54,500 nt of DNA, from IMG/VR virus record IMGVR_UViG_3300031450_000216, positions 1-54,500 of that record, one strand, 5' to 3'. Below the pieces are notes generated by a model that saw only the letters and a program-made list of their open reading frames with translations, made no database searches and was not told where the DNA came from. The position numbers and the translations under genes are program-made. This stretch comes from a virus. Taxonomy: Duplodnaviria; Caudoviricetes. Shown here piece by piece: positions 18,955 to 26,067 of this stretch (position 1 is its first letter; each line of letters begins with the position of its first letter).

Positions 18955-19374
18955 TCAGACTTGACTCGCTAGAAATCTGTACTCGCCGCCCAACTGTTGG
19001 AATACCACCCCGTTCTCATTCGTCGGGAGGTCGAATGGGCGCTCGCGCACACATTCCCAGATGACACCATTGGTCACCGTGCCAGCAGCGGAGTGGAGCA
19101 ACTGATCGATACGATTGGCGATCGGCTCGACCGGGCCGGTGCTGCTGCCCTTGCAGACCGCCTTGATGATGAAGAGCGGCGCGGCCCAGATGCGGGCCGT
19201 CCCGACGCCCAGGAGGTCGTTCCCGGCGCTGAGCATCTGGAAGGCGACGAACGGGTACTGCGCCGCCGCCGGGGCGACCCCGTGATAGGCGCGATTCCCG
19301 ATCAGCCCCGCGAGGGTCGGATCGGTGGTGAGCGTGGTGTAGATGAAGGCCCGCACCCGCGCCGTCTCACTCAT
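18955..19374 (-). CDS. Tail terminator / completion protein (DUF3168-like)
   Basis: IYTTLTTDPTLAGLIGNRAY..AP..YPFV. Confidence 0.8.
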   Translation of the reverse strand: MSETARVRAFIYTTLTTDPTLAGLIGNRAYHGVAPAAAQYPFVAFQMLSAGNDLLGVGTARIWAAPLFIIKAVCKGSSTGPVEPIANRIDQLLHSAAGTVTNGVIWECVRERPFDLPTNENGVVFQQLGGEYRFLASQV

Positions 19375-19712
19375 CAGATTTTGCTCACCAGCGCGGCGAC
19401 CGCCGCCTCGAAGCCGGGTCGCGCGGCGTCGGCTGCGGGGTGCATGAACGGATGGGCGGGCATCTTGTGCGTGCCGTATTCCTGATAGATGCCGTACTCA
19501 GCACCCACCGACACCTCGCCGCTTGCGTCGCCGGTTATGTGCCCCTGGATGCTGTTCCTCATGGCCCCGGTGTCCACCGCCGCGCGTGATTTCGCGCCCG
19601 ATTCCACGTCGCTAACGGTCTTGCCGATGACCGCGCGCACCGCACCGGGCAACTGCGCCGCGATGGACGGTAGTCGATTGCTAAGGATGGAGACGCTGAT
19701 CATGCCTGCCAT
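19374..19712 (-). CDS. HK97 gp10-family tail component
   Basis: AVDTGAMRNSI..YGIYQEYGTHKMPAHPFMHPA. Confidence 0.9.
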   Translation of the reverse strand: MAGMISVSILSNRLPSIAAQLPGAVRAVIGKTVSDVESGAKSRAAVDTGAMRNSIQGHITGDASGEVSVGAEYGIYQEYGTHKMPAHPFMHPAADAARPGFEAAVAALVSKI

Positions 19713-19718
19713 CGCTGT

Positions 19719-19913
19719 CTACCCCTTGTCTGTGTCGGCGCCTTTCGGCTTGCCTGCGGCCTTCTCGGCGTGCTTGGCGGGCGGTTCGAAGGGGCTACCA
19801 TCCTCGTGACGGAGTACCTTGAAGCCCTGCTCCTCGTAGGTCTTGCGGAAATCCGCCGCGCTCACCGCGAACGTCCTGCCGTCCTTGTGCTCGATCACCA
19901 GTAACGAGGCCAT
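19719..19913 (-). CDS. Small hypothetical virion protein
   Basis: SD AGGAGG; 64 aa; shares module with 31588-31926. Confidence 0.65.
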   Translation of the reverse strand: MASLLVIEHKDGRTFAVSAADFRKTYEEQGFKVLRHEDGSPFEPPAKHAEKAAGKPKGADTDKG

Positions 19914-19924
19914 CGCCAATCCTC

Positions 19925-20296
19925 CTAGAATATTTCGCGGCATACGGCGCGCGTGTCGATCGCCAGGAAACCGTCGCGATCGATGCCCACCACCTCGAAC
20001 GTGCGCGCACCGTTGATCACGAGGCGATCGCTGGCGGTGACGATGCTCGCGGCGGATAGCGTGACGTAATAGTTGGTGTCCGACACCAGCCTGCCACCCT
20101 CGGCCGCCTCGCGCGGCAGGCGCGGGATCGCCGTCAGGTCGCAGCCCCCGGACTCCACTGTCGCCTCGGTCGTGGTCGTGCCGCCCGCGCCGTCGCTCAC
20201 GGCGGTCGCCCGGACCACCGCGTAGGTGTCGTGGTAGAGCAGTCTCGCTTCGAGCGCGCGGAACGCCGCGATCTCGGCGCTCGACATGATGCCCAT
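19925..20296 (-). CDS. Head closure / head-tail adaptor (SPP1 gp16-like)
   Basis: SDGAGG..DRLVINGARTFEV motifs, position. Confidence 0.75.
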   Translation of the reverse strand: MGIMSSAEIAAFRALEARLLYHDTYAVVRATAVSDGAGGTTTTEATVESGGCDLTAIPRLPREAAEGGRLVSDTNYYVTLSAASIVTASDRLVINGARTFEVVGIDRDGFLAIDTRAVCREIF

Positions 20297-20883
20297 CAGT
20301 GCAGCCTCCCCGACCCGCGACCGGCCAATCTGACCGAACCGAACCCGCCGCCCGGACCGCCGAACGCCGCCGCCTGCTCCATGCACATCTTGTATTGCTG
20401 GTCGCGCGCGAACGTCTTGCCGGTGCCGAGTCCGACCGCGTACTGATCGACCACCTTGCCCGCTTTCCAGCGCCAGCCCTCCGCCGCCGCGCGGTTGAGC
20501 GCGAAGGTCGGCGTCCACAGGTAGCGCCCACTCTCGCGCCATGTCACCGAGCCGTTGACCACCTCACCGCCCACGGCGATCGGCCAGGTCGGCTCGGTCG
20601 TGCCGCTCGTTCCCGCCACGCGCACGGTGTAGAGATGCCCGTTGGAGATGGTCGGGACGCGCGCCATCGGGGCCGGGTAGATCAGGTCATCGACGTGGCG
20701 CGTGTACACCGCCGCCGCCGGGTAGACGGTCAGCGGTGCCCACACGTCGTAGGGCTCGTAGCCGTTGAGGTCGGTCGTGCGGGCCAGCAGCATCAAGTCA
20801 TCGATCTCCGCGCTCGTGAGCGTCGGCGCGGCATCCCAACGCACCATCCGTTCGAGCCTCGCCCGCGCGACCGCGATGTCCAC
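20296..20883 (-). CDS. Head-tail connector with inserted CBM-like module
   Basis: LTSAEIDDL..AAAEGWRWKAG connector frame; insert W.P.TVY..NGHLY..AGTSGTTEPTWP..GSVTW. Confidence 0.7.
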   Translation of the reverse strand: MDIAVARARLERMVRWDAAPTLTSAEIDDLMLLARTTDLNGYEPYDVWAPLTVYPAAAVYTRHVDDLIYPAPMARVPTISNGHLYTVRVAGTSGTTEPTWPIAVGGEVVNGSVTWRESGRYLWTPTFALNRAAAEGWRWKAGKVVDQYAVGLGTGKTFARDQQYKMCMEQAAAFGGPGGGFGSVRLAGRGSGRLH

Positions 20884-20896
20884 CGTGCCCCCGTGC

Positions 20897-21298
20897 CTAG
20901 CTGCGTGTGAAGACGATGGACACTAGGCCACCCGGATCGGCGACGCCCGCCCCGTTGTGGGTGGACAGCCACTCGATGATGTCGCCCTCGGCCACGGCGA
21001 CGTTCGCCGGGGTGCCCGAGAGGGCGAGCGCCCGCTCGTCGAACGCCACGAGGTTGACGCCCGCCGCCAGTGCCAGCGAGGCGGCGACGGTGGTGCCGCT
21101 CCCGGCCTGACCCTTGTTCTGCACGCTGAGCGTGCGAGTATCCGTCACCGCCCCGGTCACGGCGACCGGGGCGGTATAGGTGACACCGGCGATCGTCCCG
21201 GCGAACGGGGCACGCCCGATCACCACCACGCCATCCACCGCCTGAGCGACAGTCGGGGCCTCCTGGGTCAGGGTCTGCGTCAGCGGGGCCGCGCTCAT
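20897..21298 (-). CDS. Putative capsid decoration protein
   Basis: Beta-rich 133 aa after MCP. Confidence 0.55.
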   Translation of the reverse strand: MSAAPLTQTLTQEAPTVAQAVDGVVVIGRAPFAGTIAGVTYTAPVAVTGAVTDTRTLSVQNKGQAGSGTTVAASLALAAGVNLVAFDERALALSGTPANVAVAEGDIIEWLSTHNGAGVADPGGLVSIVFTRS

Positions 21299-21345
21299 GG
21301 TCGATCTCGCCCTTTCTGGTGCCGGTCATGCCGTCGGGTACGGCG

Positions 21346-21606
21346 TCAGTCGCGCTTGATACCGCTGAACCGGGTGCTCCCGGACTCGACGGCGGCTGCC
21401 GGGTCGGTTTCGGGTGTCGGCTCCCCACTAACTACACCCTGGACGGTATACGCAGAATTGGGCGTGGGATCAGTTTTGTCGCCCCGATAGCCCTGATCCT
21501 GCTCGTGATCGACCTGAGCCTGCACGGCGGCGTCTGCCGCATCGGACTGCTTGGTCTGCTTCGCCACAGACTCGACCTTGGGCTGTTCGTCCTGATTCTC
21601 GGCCAT
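21346..21606 (-). CDS. Small acidic protein after MCP
   Basis: SD GGAGG; position. Confidence 0.65.
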   Translation of the reverse strand: MAENQDEQPKVESVAKQTKQSDAADAAVQAQVDHEQDQGYRGDKTDPTPNSAYTVQGVVSGEPTPETDPAAAVESGSTRFSGIKRD

Positions 21607-21650
21607 AGGTGTAACCTCCGCGTTCCGTTAACCCACCAGAGGTGGGGTAC

Positions 21651-22601
21651 TCAATAGCGTAAAACTGCCGCTGGAAATCGGTTGGCTTCGATCTGCTGGT
21701 CGTACGAGATCACGTTCGAGACCTGCCAGCCGGCGCGGAAGACGACCCGCATGGCGACCATATCTTGCTGCGCCAGGTTATAGACAATGGCCCCGGTGTT
21801 ATCCTGGATGACCGCCTGATCGAGCAGCTTGTAGGTGATGTCCTGGCGCACGCCGACGATGAACTGCTCGCGCTCCATCGCCATCAACCGGACATTCGTG
21901 CCCGCCACGCCGCCAGTCGGGAACAGCCCGCGCATCGGATAGGCGATCGGGGAGCCATCGACCATGTTCAGGTCGGGCGCGAGGCGGTTCTCGTCCAGGC
22001 GCTCGCCCTGCGTGCTACGCGCGGCGCGGAATCGACCCTTTGCGCTCATCGCGGCCACGTAGCCGGTCGGTTCGTAGCCATCGGACTCCAAGAGCGCGAT
22101 GGCGGCGTCCAGGTCGCCGAAGAATGCGCCCGCCGCCGCGAGGCTGGCCTCGGTGAAGCTGTTCCCCGCCGCCGCCGCCGCCGCGTTGATGCCGACCGGG
22201 TAGGATGCCGGGGCGTTGGTGCCGAAGAAGACCGCCGCGTCGAACGTGCGCCCGATCGCCTCCGCAAGGAGCGGCTGGATCTCGCCCCACACGTCGAATG
22301 CGGTGTCGTTGATGACCGCCTCCGGGATCGGGACGATCGCCGCGATCTCCTCGATATTGAGGTAGCGATTGGTCCAGTTCACTTCCGTGGTCTGCTTGAG
22401 CCCCGTGTCGCCCGTGACGAAGTAGGCGGTCGGGAGGGCGGACACGATCGGGATGCGGACCTGGGCGCGCGAGACGGGGATGCGACGAAACATGGTCAGC
22501 GCGGCGGATTGCTGCACGACGCGACTGATCACCCCGGCCGCCACTTCCTCGGGGATCAGTGCCTGCTCGTCGGTACGGGAGATCACATTGTTGAAAGCCA
22601 T
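21651..22601 (-). CDS. Major capsid protein (HK97 fold)
   Basis: LIPEEVA..EEIAAIVPIPE..AIGRTFDAAVFFG..NLAQQDMVAMR. Confidence 0.93.
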   Translation of the reverse strand: MAFNNVISRTDEQALIPEEVAAGVISRVVQQSAALTMFRRIPVSRAQVRIPIVSALPTAYFVTGDTGLKQTTEVNWTNRYLNIEEIAAIVPIPEAVINDTAFDVWGEIQPLLAEAIGRTFDAAVFFGTNAPASYPVGINAAAAAAGNSFTEASLAAAGAFFGDLDAAIALLESDGYEPTGYVAAMSAKGRFRAARSTQGERLDENRLAPDLNMVDGSPIAYPMRGLFPTGGVAGTNVRLMAMEREQFIVGVRQDITYKLLDQAVIQDNTGAIVYNLAQQDMVAMRVVFRAGWQVSNVISYDQQIEANRFPAAVLRY

Positions 22602-22657
22602 CGTGGATTACCCTCTTTCGGTGGGGCGCGACGAGCCACGACGGATCGCGCGCCGGA

Positions 22658-23263
22658 TCAGATTTGCCCGCGCCCGGCCATCGCCCGGATGCGGTCGTTC
22701 ATGGATGCCGCGATCGTCTCCCGTCCGCCCTCGCCCGCGTCGGCGCTCCCGGTGCGGCGGCTCTTGGCGACGAAGAGATCGGGCTCGGCCTTCTGGAGCT
22801 TGACGAGCAGCGCCTTGACGTTGCGGGGCTGGTCGCCGTCCCAGTCGTCGTCGCCCAGGTCCAGCAGGCGAATCAGGCGGGCGGGCGAGACGCGCGGCGC
22901 ATGGGCGAAATCGGCGGCATTCACCGTCTCCTCGATCGCGTCGCGCAGTGAATAGGACCGCTCGCGCTGCTGCGCCTGGGTCAACTGGCCCTCGATCTCC
23001 GCGATCCGCGCGTCACGCCGCTCGATCTCGGAGCGTTCGGCGTCCTGGCGCTCCTTCTCGGTGCGCTCGCGCTCGGACTTGAACGTGCGGAGCGGTTTGA
23101 CCTCTTTTTCCAGATCGCGCGCGCGCTGGCGCTCCTTGTCGAGCGCCGCTTTGAGCTTGGTCACATCGTTGCCGTCGTCGCCTCCCGCGTCGGCGGTACG
23201 CTGCGACTGGTCGCCCTGCTGCTGCTCGTCGCCCTGTTCGTCCTGCTGCTGGTCAGGCATCAC
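22658..23263 (-). CDS. Capsid scaffolding protein
   Basis: Acidic N-terminus, coiled coil (ALDKER), P.LF and MNDRIR C-terminus, upstream of MCP. Confidence 0.85.
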   Translation of the reverse strand: MMPDQQQDEQGDEQQQGDQSQRTADAGGDDGNDVTKLKAALDKERQRARDLEKEVKPLRTFKSERERTEKERQDAERSEIERRDARIAEIEGQLTQAQQRERSYSLRDAIEETVNAADFAHAPRVSPARLIRLLDLGDDDWDGDQPRNVKALLVKLQKAEPDLFVAKSRRTGSADAGEGGRETIAASMNDRIRAMAGRGQI

Positions 23264-23304
23264 GCCCCCCTTGCGACGGCATCGCGCCGTGTCATCCCGC
23301 GTCG

Positions 23305-23436
23305 GGCAACAGAAAAAGCGCCCCGCTGTCGCGCGGCACGCTCGGTGCTGCGGACAATCGGGGCGCTACGTCGCTGCGACGCGGTGCCTATTTCGATACT
23401 GCTGTTAGTTTAGGGCTAAACCTTCCGCTATGTCAA
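23305..23436 (-). promoter_or_regulatory. Head-operon promoter (TTGACA-N18-TAAACT) with hairpin plus U-tract leader
   Basis: -35 at 23436-23431, -10 at 23412-23407; AGCGCCCCG..CGGGGCGCTTTTT stem. Confidence 0.6.
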
Positions 23437-23464
23437 GCGGCGTCCATCTGCGCGATCTGTGGCG

Positions 23465-23519
23465 GCGTGGTCGGGCACCGGGGCTATGGGTAACACATAC
23501 TGCCTGGCCCGTGCCACGC
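23465..23519 (-). ncRNA. TIGR-like dual-spacer unit 5 (overlaps stop codon of TasA-like gene)
   Basis: gcgtggcacggg-CCA-GGCAGTATG-TGTTACCCA-TAGCCCCGG-TG-cccgaccacgc. Confidence 0.8.
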
Positions 23520-24410
23520 TCGCCACAGATCGCGCAACAGACGCTTCGCTAAGTGTCGCCGCGCGCGGTTGTCTACATGGACGTTCGGCGCGTCGGGCAG
23601 CTTCTCCCGCTGACGCTCCTTCTCCGCCAGATAGTAGGTGCGGTACTCGCCGTCGCGGTTATTCATCATCAGGAATGTGGCGATCACGTACATCGTGGAT
23701 CGCCGCGACGGGCTGTAGCCGTGCAACGCGGCTTCCTCGGGATCGGTGCGCTTGCCTTGGCGCTCGCCGTTGATCAGCGCCAGCCCCATGCGCTTCCAGA
23801 CTTTCGCCGGGTTGGCATAGTTGCTCAGGTCGCCGCACTCGCCGACGATCTGGGCGAGGCCGAGCGGGCCGATGCCGCGCACGCCCTCGACCCACGGCCA
23901 AACGGGTAACTCGCGCGCGAGGAGTTCCATACGCTTCTCTAACGGCTTGCGACTGGCTTCCAGCAACTTGCGCGCGTCCAGGAGCGGCGCGGTGTGGAGC
24001 GCGGCAACGGACTCGGCGTGGAGGAATTGTGCGAGGTCGGGGGCGATATCCTCAGCTTGGGTGACAACGATCAACTGATCGCCCCCGGCCTCGCTATCAT
24101 CTGCGGGATCGGCATCATGTCTCTGGTCATCAACCGCATAGTGGCTTCCCCCGCTCGATGCCTTCTTGCGTAACCGGGCGCGCTCCTCGGCTTTCAGCCC
24201 GGTATGGCGGCGATACACCGCCTCGATCTGGTTGTTCAGGCGCAACTCGGCGCGCAGCAGGTCTTGCCGCTGGCGGTGCGTCTCCTGAATCTCGGCGAGC
24301 AGGATGGCGGGGACGGCACGCTCCTGATGGTTGTCAGAGACCCTCTGGCCGTCCCCGCCCGATTGCGACATGTCGAGTATGGATACCACCGGCTCTGTGG
24401 TCGCAATCAT
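23484..24410 (-). CDS. TasA-like Nop/IS110 C-terminal-domain protein, no nuclease domain
   Basis: Coiled coil then WVEGVRGIGPLGLAQIVGECGDLSNYANPAKVWKRMGL..YRTYY..K..HVDNRARRHLAKRLLRDLW; no DEDD RuvC; TIGR-like units embedded. Confidence 0.82.
   Translation of the reverse strand: MIATTEPVVSILDMSQSGGDGQRVSDNHQERAVPAILLAEIQETHRQRQDLLRAELRLNNQIEAVYRRHTGLKAEERARLRKKASSGGSHYAVDDQRHDADPADDSEAGGDQLIVVTQAEDIAPDLAQFLHAESVAALHTAPLLDARKLLEASRKPLEKRMELLARELPVWPWVEGVRGIGPLGLAQIVGECGDLSNYANPAKVWKRMGLALINGERQGKRTDPEEAALHGYSPSRRSTMYVIATFLMMNNRDGEYRTYYLAEKERQREKLPDAPNVHVDNRARRHLAKRLLRDLWRAWHGPGSMCYP
24031..24094 (-). ncRNA. TIGR-like dual-spacer unit 4
   Basis: 16-bp stem-TCA-GTTGATCGT-TGTCACCCA-AGCTGAGGA-TA-stem (compensatory edge change). 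Confidence 0.78.
24103..24154 (-). ncRNA. TIGR-like dual-spacer unit 3
   Basis: gcgggggaag-CCA-CTATGCGGT-TGATGACCA-GAGACATGA-TG-ccgatcccgc. Confidence 0.8.
24306..24359 (-). ncRNA. TIGR-like dual-spacer unit 2
   Basis: ggcggggacgg-CCA-GAGGGTCTC-TGACAACCA-TCAGGAGCG-TG-ccgtccccgcc. Confidence 0.85.
24361..24408 (-). ncRNA. TIGR-like dual-spacer unit 1 (begins within the start codon)
   Basis: gattgcga-CCA-CAGAGCCGG-TGGTATCCA-TACTCGACA-TG-tcgcaatc. Confidence 0.85.
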
Positions 24411-24413
24411 CTG

Positions 24414-24983
24414 CTATTCCTCATCCGCCTGTCGGCGCAGTCGCTCCAACACGGCGTGCGGAATCGTTTTCTCGACGCACGACCCGTCGTGCATCGCTTC
24501 GTGGATCAACTCGAACCAGCGTGCCTCGTGACGGTTGGTCGTCTCCATGCGGCGGTAGTAATTCGCCGCGCCCAGGATGTCGGCGGGCGTGGCGTCGCCG
24601 AGGCGCTTGCCGCCCGGTAACGGATAATTATGTAACGTCCGCTCCACCATCGCCACGATCCCGAGGGTGCCATAGTCGGCCTTCTTTGCCTTGGGCGGTG
24701 CCGGGTGTGCCTGTTCGGGACGGAGCGGGAGCGGCGCGGGCGGCTCATGCGCGGCGCGGCGAAACGCCTGTCGCTGTTTCTGCGCCGCGCTGCGGATGGC
24801 AGACCAGAGCCCATCATCGATCATCGGCTCGATCAGTCGCTCGTATGTCGGGCGATCATCCAGCACCATCGCGCGCAAGACCAGGATCGCCTTGTCCCAA
24901 TCGCCGCCCACATCATCCAGGGCGATCCCGGCCAGCTTCGTCAGACCGTAACTCGATTCTTCCGGTTGTGATTGTGCCACCAT
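24414..24983 (-). CDS. Uncharacterised partner protein co-transcribed with TasA-like gene
   Basis: SD AAGGAGG; 3 nt gap to next ATG; helical C-terminal domain YPLPGGKRLGDAT..ARWF. Confidence 0.8.
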   Translation of the reverse strand: MVAQSQPEESSYGLTKLAGIALDDVGGDWDKAILVLRAMVLDDRPTYERLIEPMIDDGLWSAIRSAAQKQRQAFRRAAHEPPAPLPLRPEQAHPAPPKAKKADYGTLGIVAMVERTLHNYPLPGGKRLGDATPADILGAANYYRRMETTNRHEARWFELIHEAMHDGSCVEKTIPHAVLERLRRQADEE

Positions 24984-25015
24984 GCGCTTCCTCCTTGGCT
25001 ATGTATCCTGCAATA

Positions 25016-25076
25016 ATTCTAACGCACCGTTAGACTAAGTGCAACCCCTGTCGCTACAATACTAACGATGCGTTAG
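25016..25076. promoter_or_regulatory. Divergent promoters with two CTAACG-N3-CGTTAG operators
   Basis: Palindromes at 25019-25033 and 25062-25076; - strand TTGCAC-N17-TAGAAT; + strand TAGACT-N18-TACAAT. Confidence 0.8.
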
Positions 25077-25086
25077 ACTCCCCGAC

Positions 25087-25296
25087 ATGGATGAGGATCG
25101 ACTGATGGGCAGCAGGGAAGTCGCGGCGGAATTGGGGGTGCAGCAGTCGCGCGTGCGCCAGTTGGTATTGTCCGGCGCGCTCACCGGGCGCAAGATGGGC
25201 CGGGACTGGTTTTTCCTGCCGAGCGAGATCGCGCGCTATAAGCGGGAGCGCCCACCGCGCGGTCGCCCGCGCAAGCGTACTACGCCGAAATCTTAG
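25087..25296 (+). CDS. Excisionase-like (HTH_17) DNA-binding protein with C-terminal AT-hook-like RGRP
   Basis: LMGSREVAAELGVQQSRVRQLVLSGALTGRKMGRDWF..RGRPRK. Confidence 0.85.
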   Translation: MDEDRLMGSREVAAELGVQQSRVRQLVLSGALTGRKMGRDWFFLPSEIARYKRERPPRGRPRKRTTPKS

Positions 25297-25320
25297 GCCG
25301 AGCGCGCATCGTACTCGTGC

Positions 25321-25584
25321 TCAGTGTTGCTCGATCAACGATGCGAGGAGTTTCCGCCCTTCCCTGGCGACGATCTGGTGAACGCGCGCCTGTGTGATGC
25401 CCCCGCCGTAAGTCCGAGCGGTGTCGGCATAGGTCAACCCGTCAACAACGACGGCGCGCAGGATACGCCAATTGCGCTCATTCGCCATGTTCGCCGGGCG
25501 GGAAGCGGGGAAGATCGGGCGTAGCGCCTGCACAAGGGGAGCGAGACGTGCCCCGCGCCAGATCGTCGGGTCGCTCGTATCCAT
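25321..25584 (-). CDS. Sigma70 region-4-like HTH protein
   Basis: ERNWRILR..DGLTYADTAR..ITQARVHQIV. Confidence 0.65.
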   Translation of the reverse strand: MDTSDPTIWRGARLAPLVQALRPIFPASRPANMANERNWRILRAVVVDGLTYADTARTYGGGITQARVHQIVAREGRKLLASLIEQH

Positions 25585-25612
25585 CGCACATCCCCGTGCC
25601 GCGCACACAGCA

Positions 25613-25819
25613 TCAAGACGCCACCTTATAGCCCTCTTGCTCCTCATTATGCCACACCCGCACGCTCCCCTTGCCCCGCCTCCTGGGCGGCGTCGGCTCG
25701 TACCCGAGCAGACGATTGAGCGCGGCCAACTCCTGCAAGCGCGCCTGGCGCACCTGTTCCCAAAACGGGCGGGCGGGGTCGTCTGTGGCGAGGACGTGCG
25801 GCGTCGACTCGGGAATCAC
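25613..25819 (-). CDS. Small hypothetical protein
   Basis: GTGA overlap with upstream gene. Confidence 0.5.
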   Translation of the reverse strand: MIPESTPHVLATDDPARPFWEQVRQARLQELAALNRLLGYEPTPPRRRGKGSVRVWHNEEQEGYKVAS

Positions 25820-26055
25820 GCCTGCCCCCTCTCCGCCGCATCCGCCGCCGCGATCAGCGCCCGATCCACCAAGGCGCGGCCCTCTGCGATCAATTCATGG
25901 GTGTCTTCGTGATCGTCCGTGAGGCGAATCAGCGCGACCGTCTCCCATATCGCGTGATCAGGCTGCGCCCGCACAGCGGCAAGCGCGGCGTCTTCGGTCT
26001 GATAGACTCCTATGCGGTTGGCGCTCTCGCACTCCCACAATTCATACACCGCCAC
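25816..26055 (-). CDS. Small hypothetical protein
   Basis: SD GGAGG, GTG start after MuF. Confidence 0.55.
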   Translation of the reverse strand: MAVYELWECESANRIGVYQTEDAALAAVRAQPDHAIWETVALIRLTDDHEDTHELIAEGRALVDRALIAAADAAERGQA

Positions 26056-26067
26056 GCTATCCTCCGC

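Noticed and set aside
23465-24408. CRISPR array
   Set aside because: No identical 23-47 bp repeats and no cas genes; conserved parts are only CCA/TG boxes with 9-nt spacers
23484-24410. Active IS110 insertion sequence
   Set aside because: No N-terminal DEDD RuvC domain and no catalytic SG motif after GL; the embedded dual-spacer units fit a TasA-like protein better
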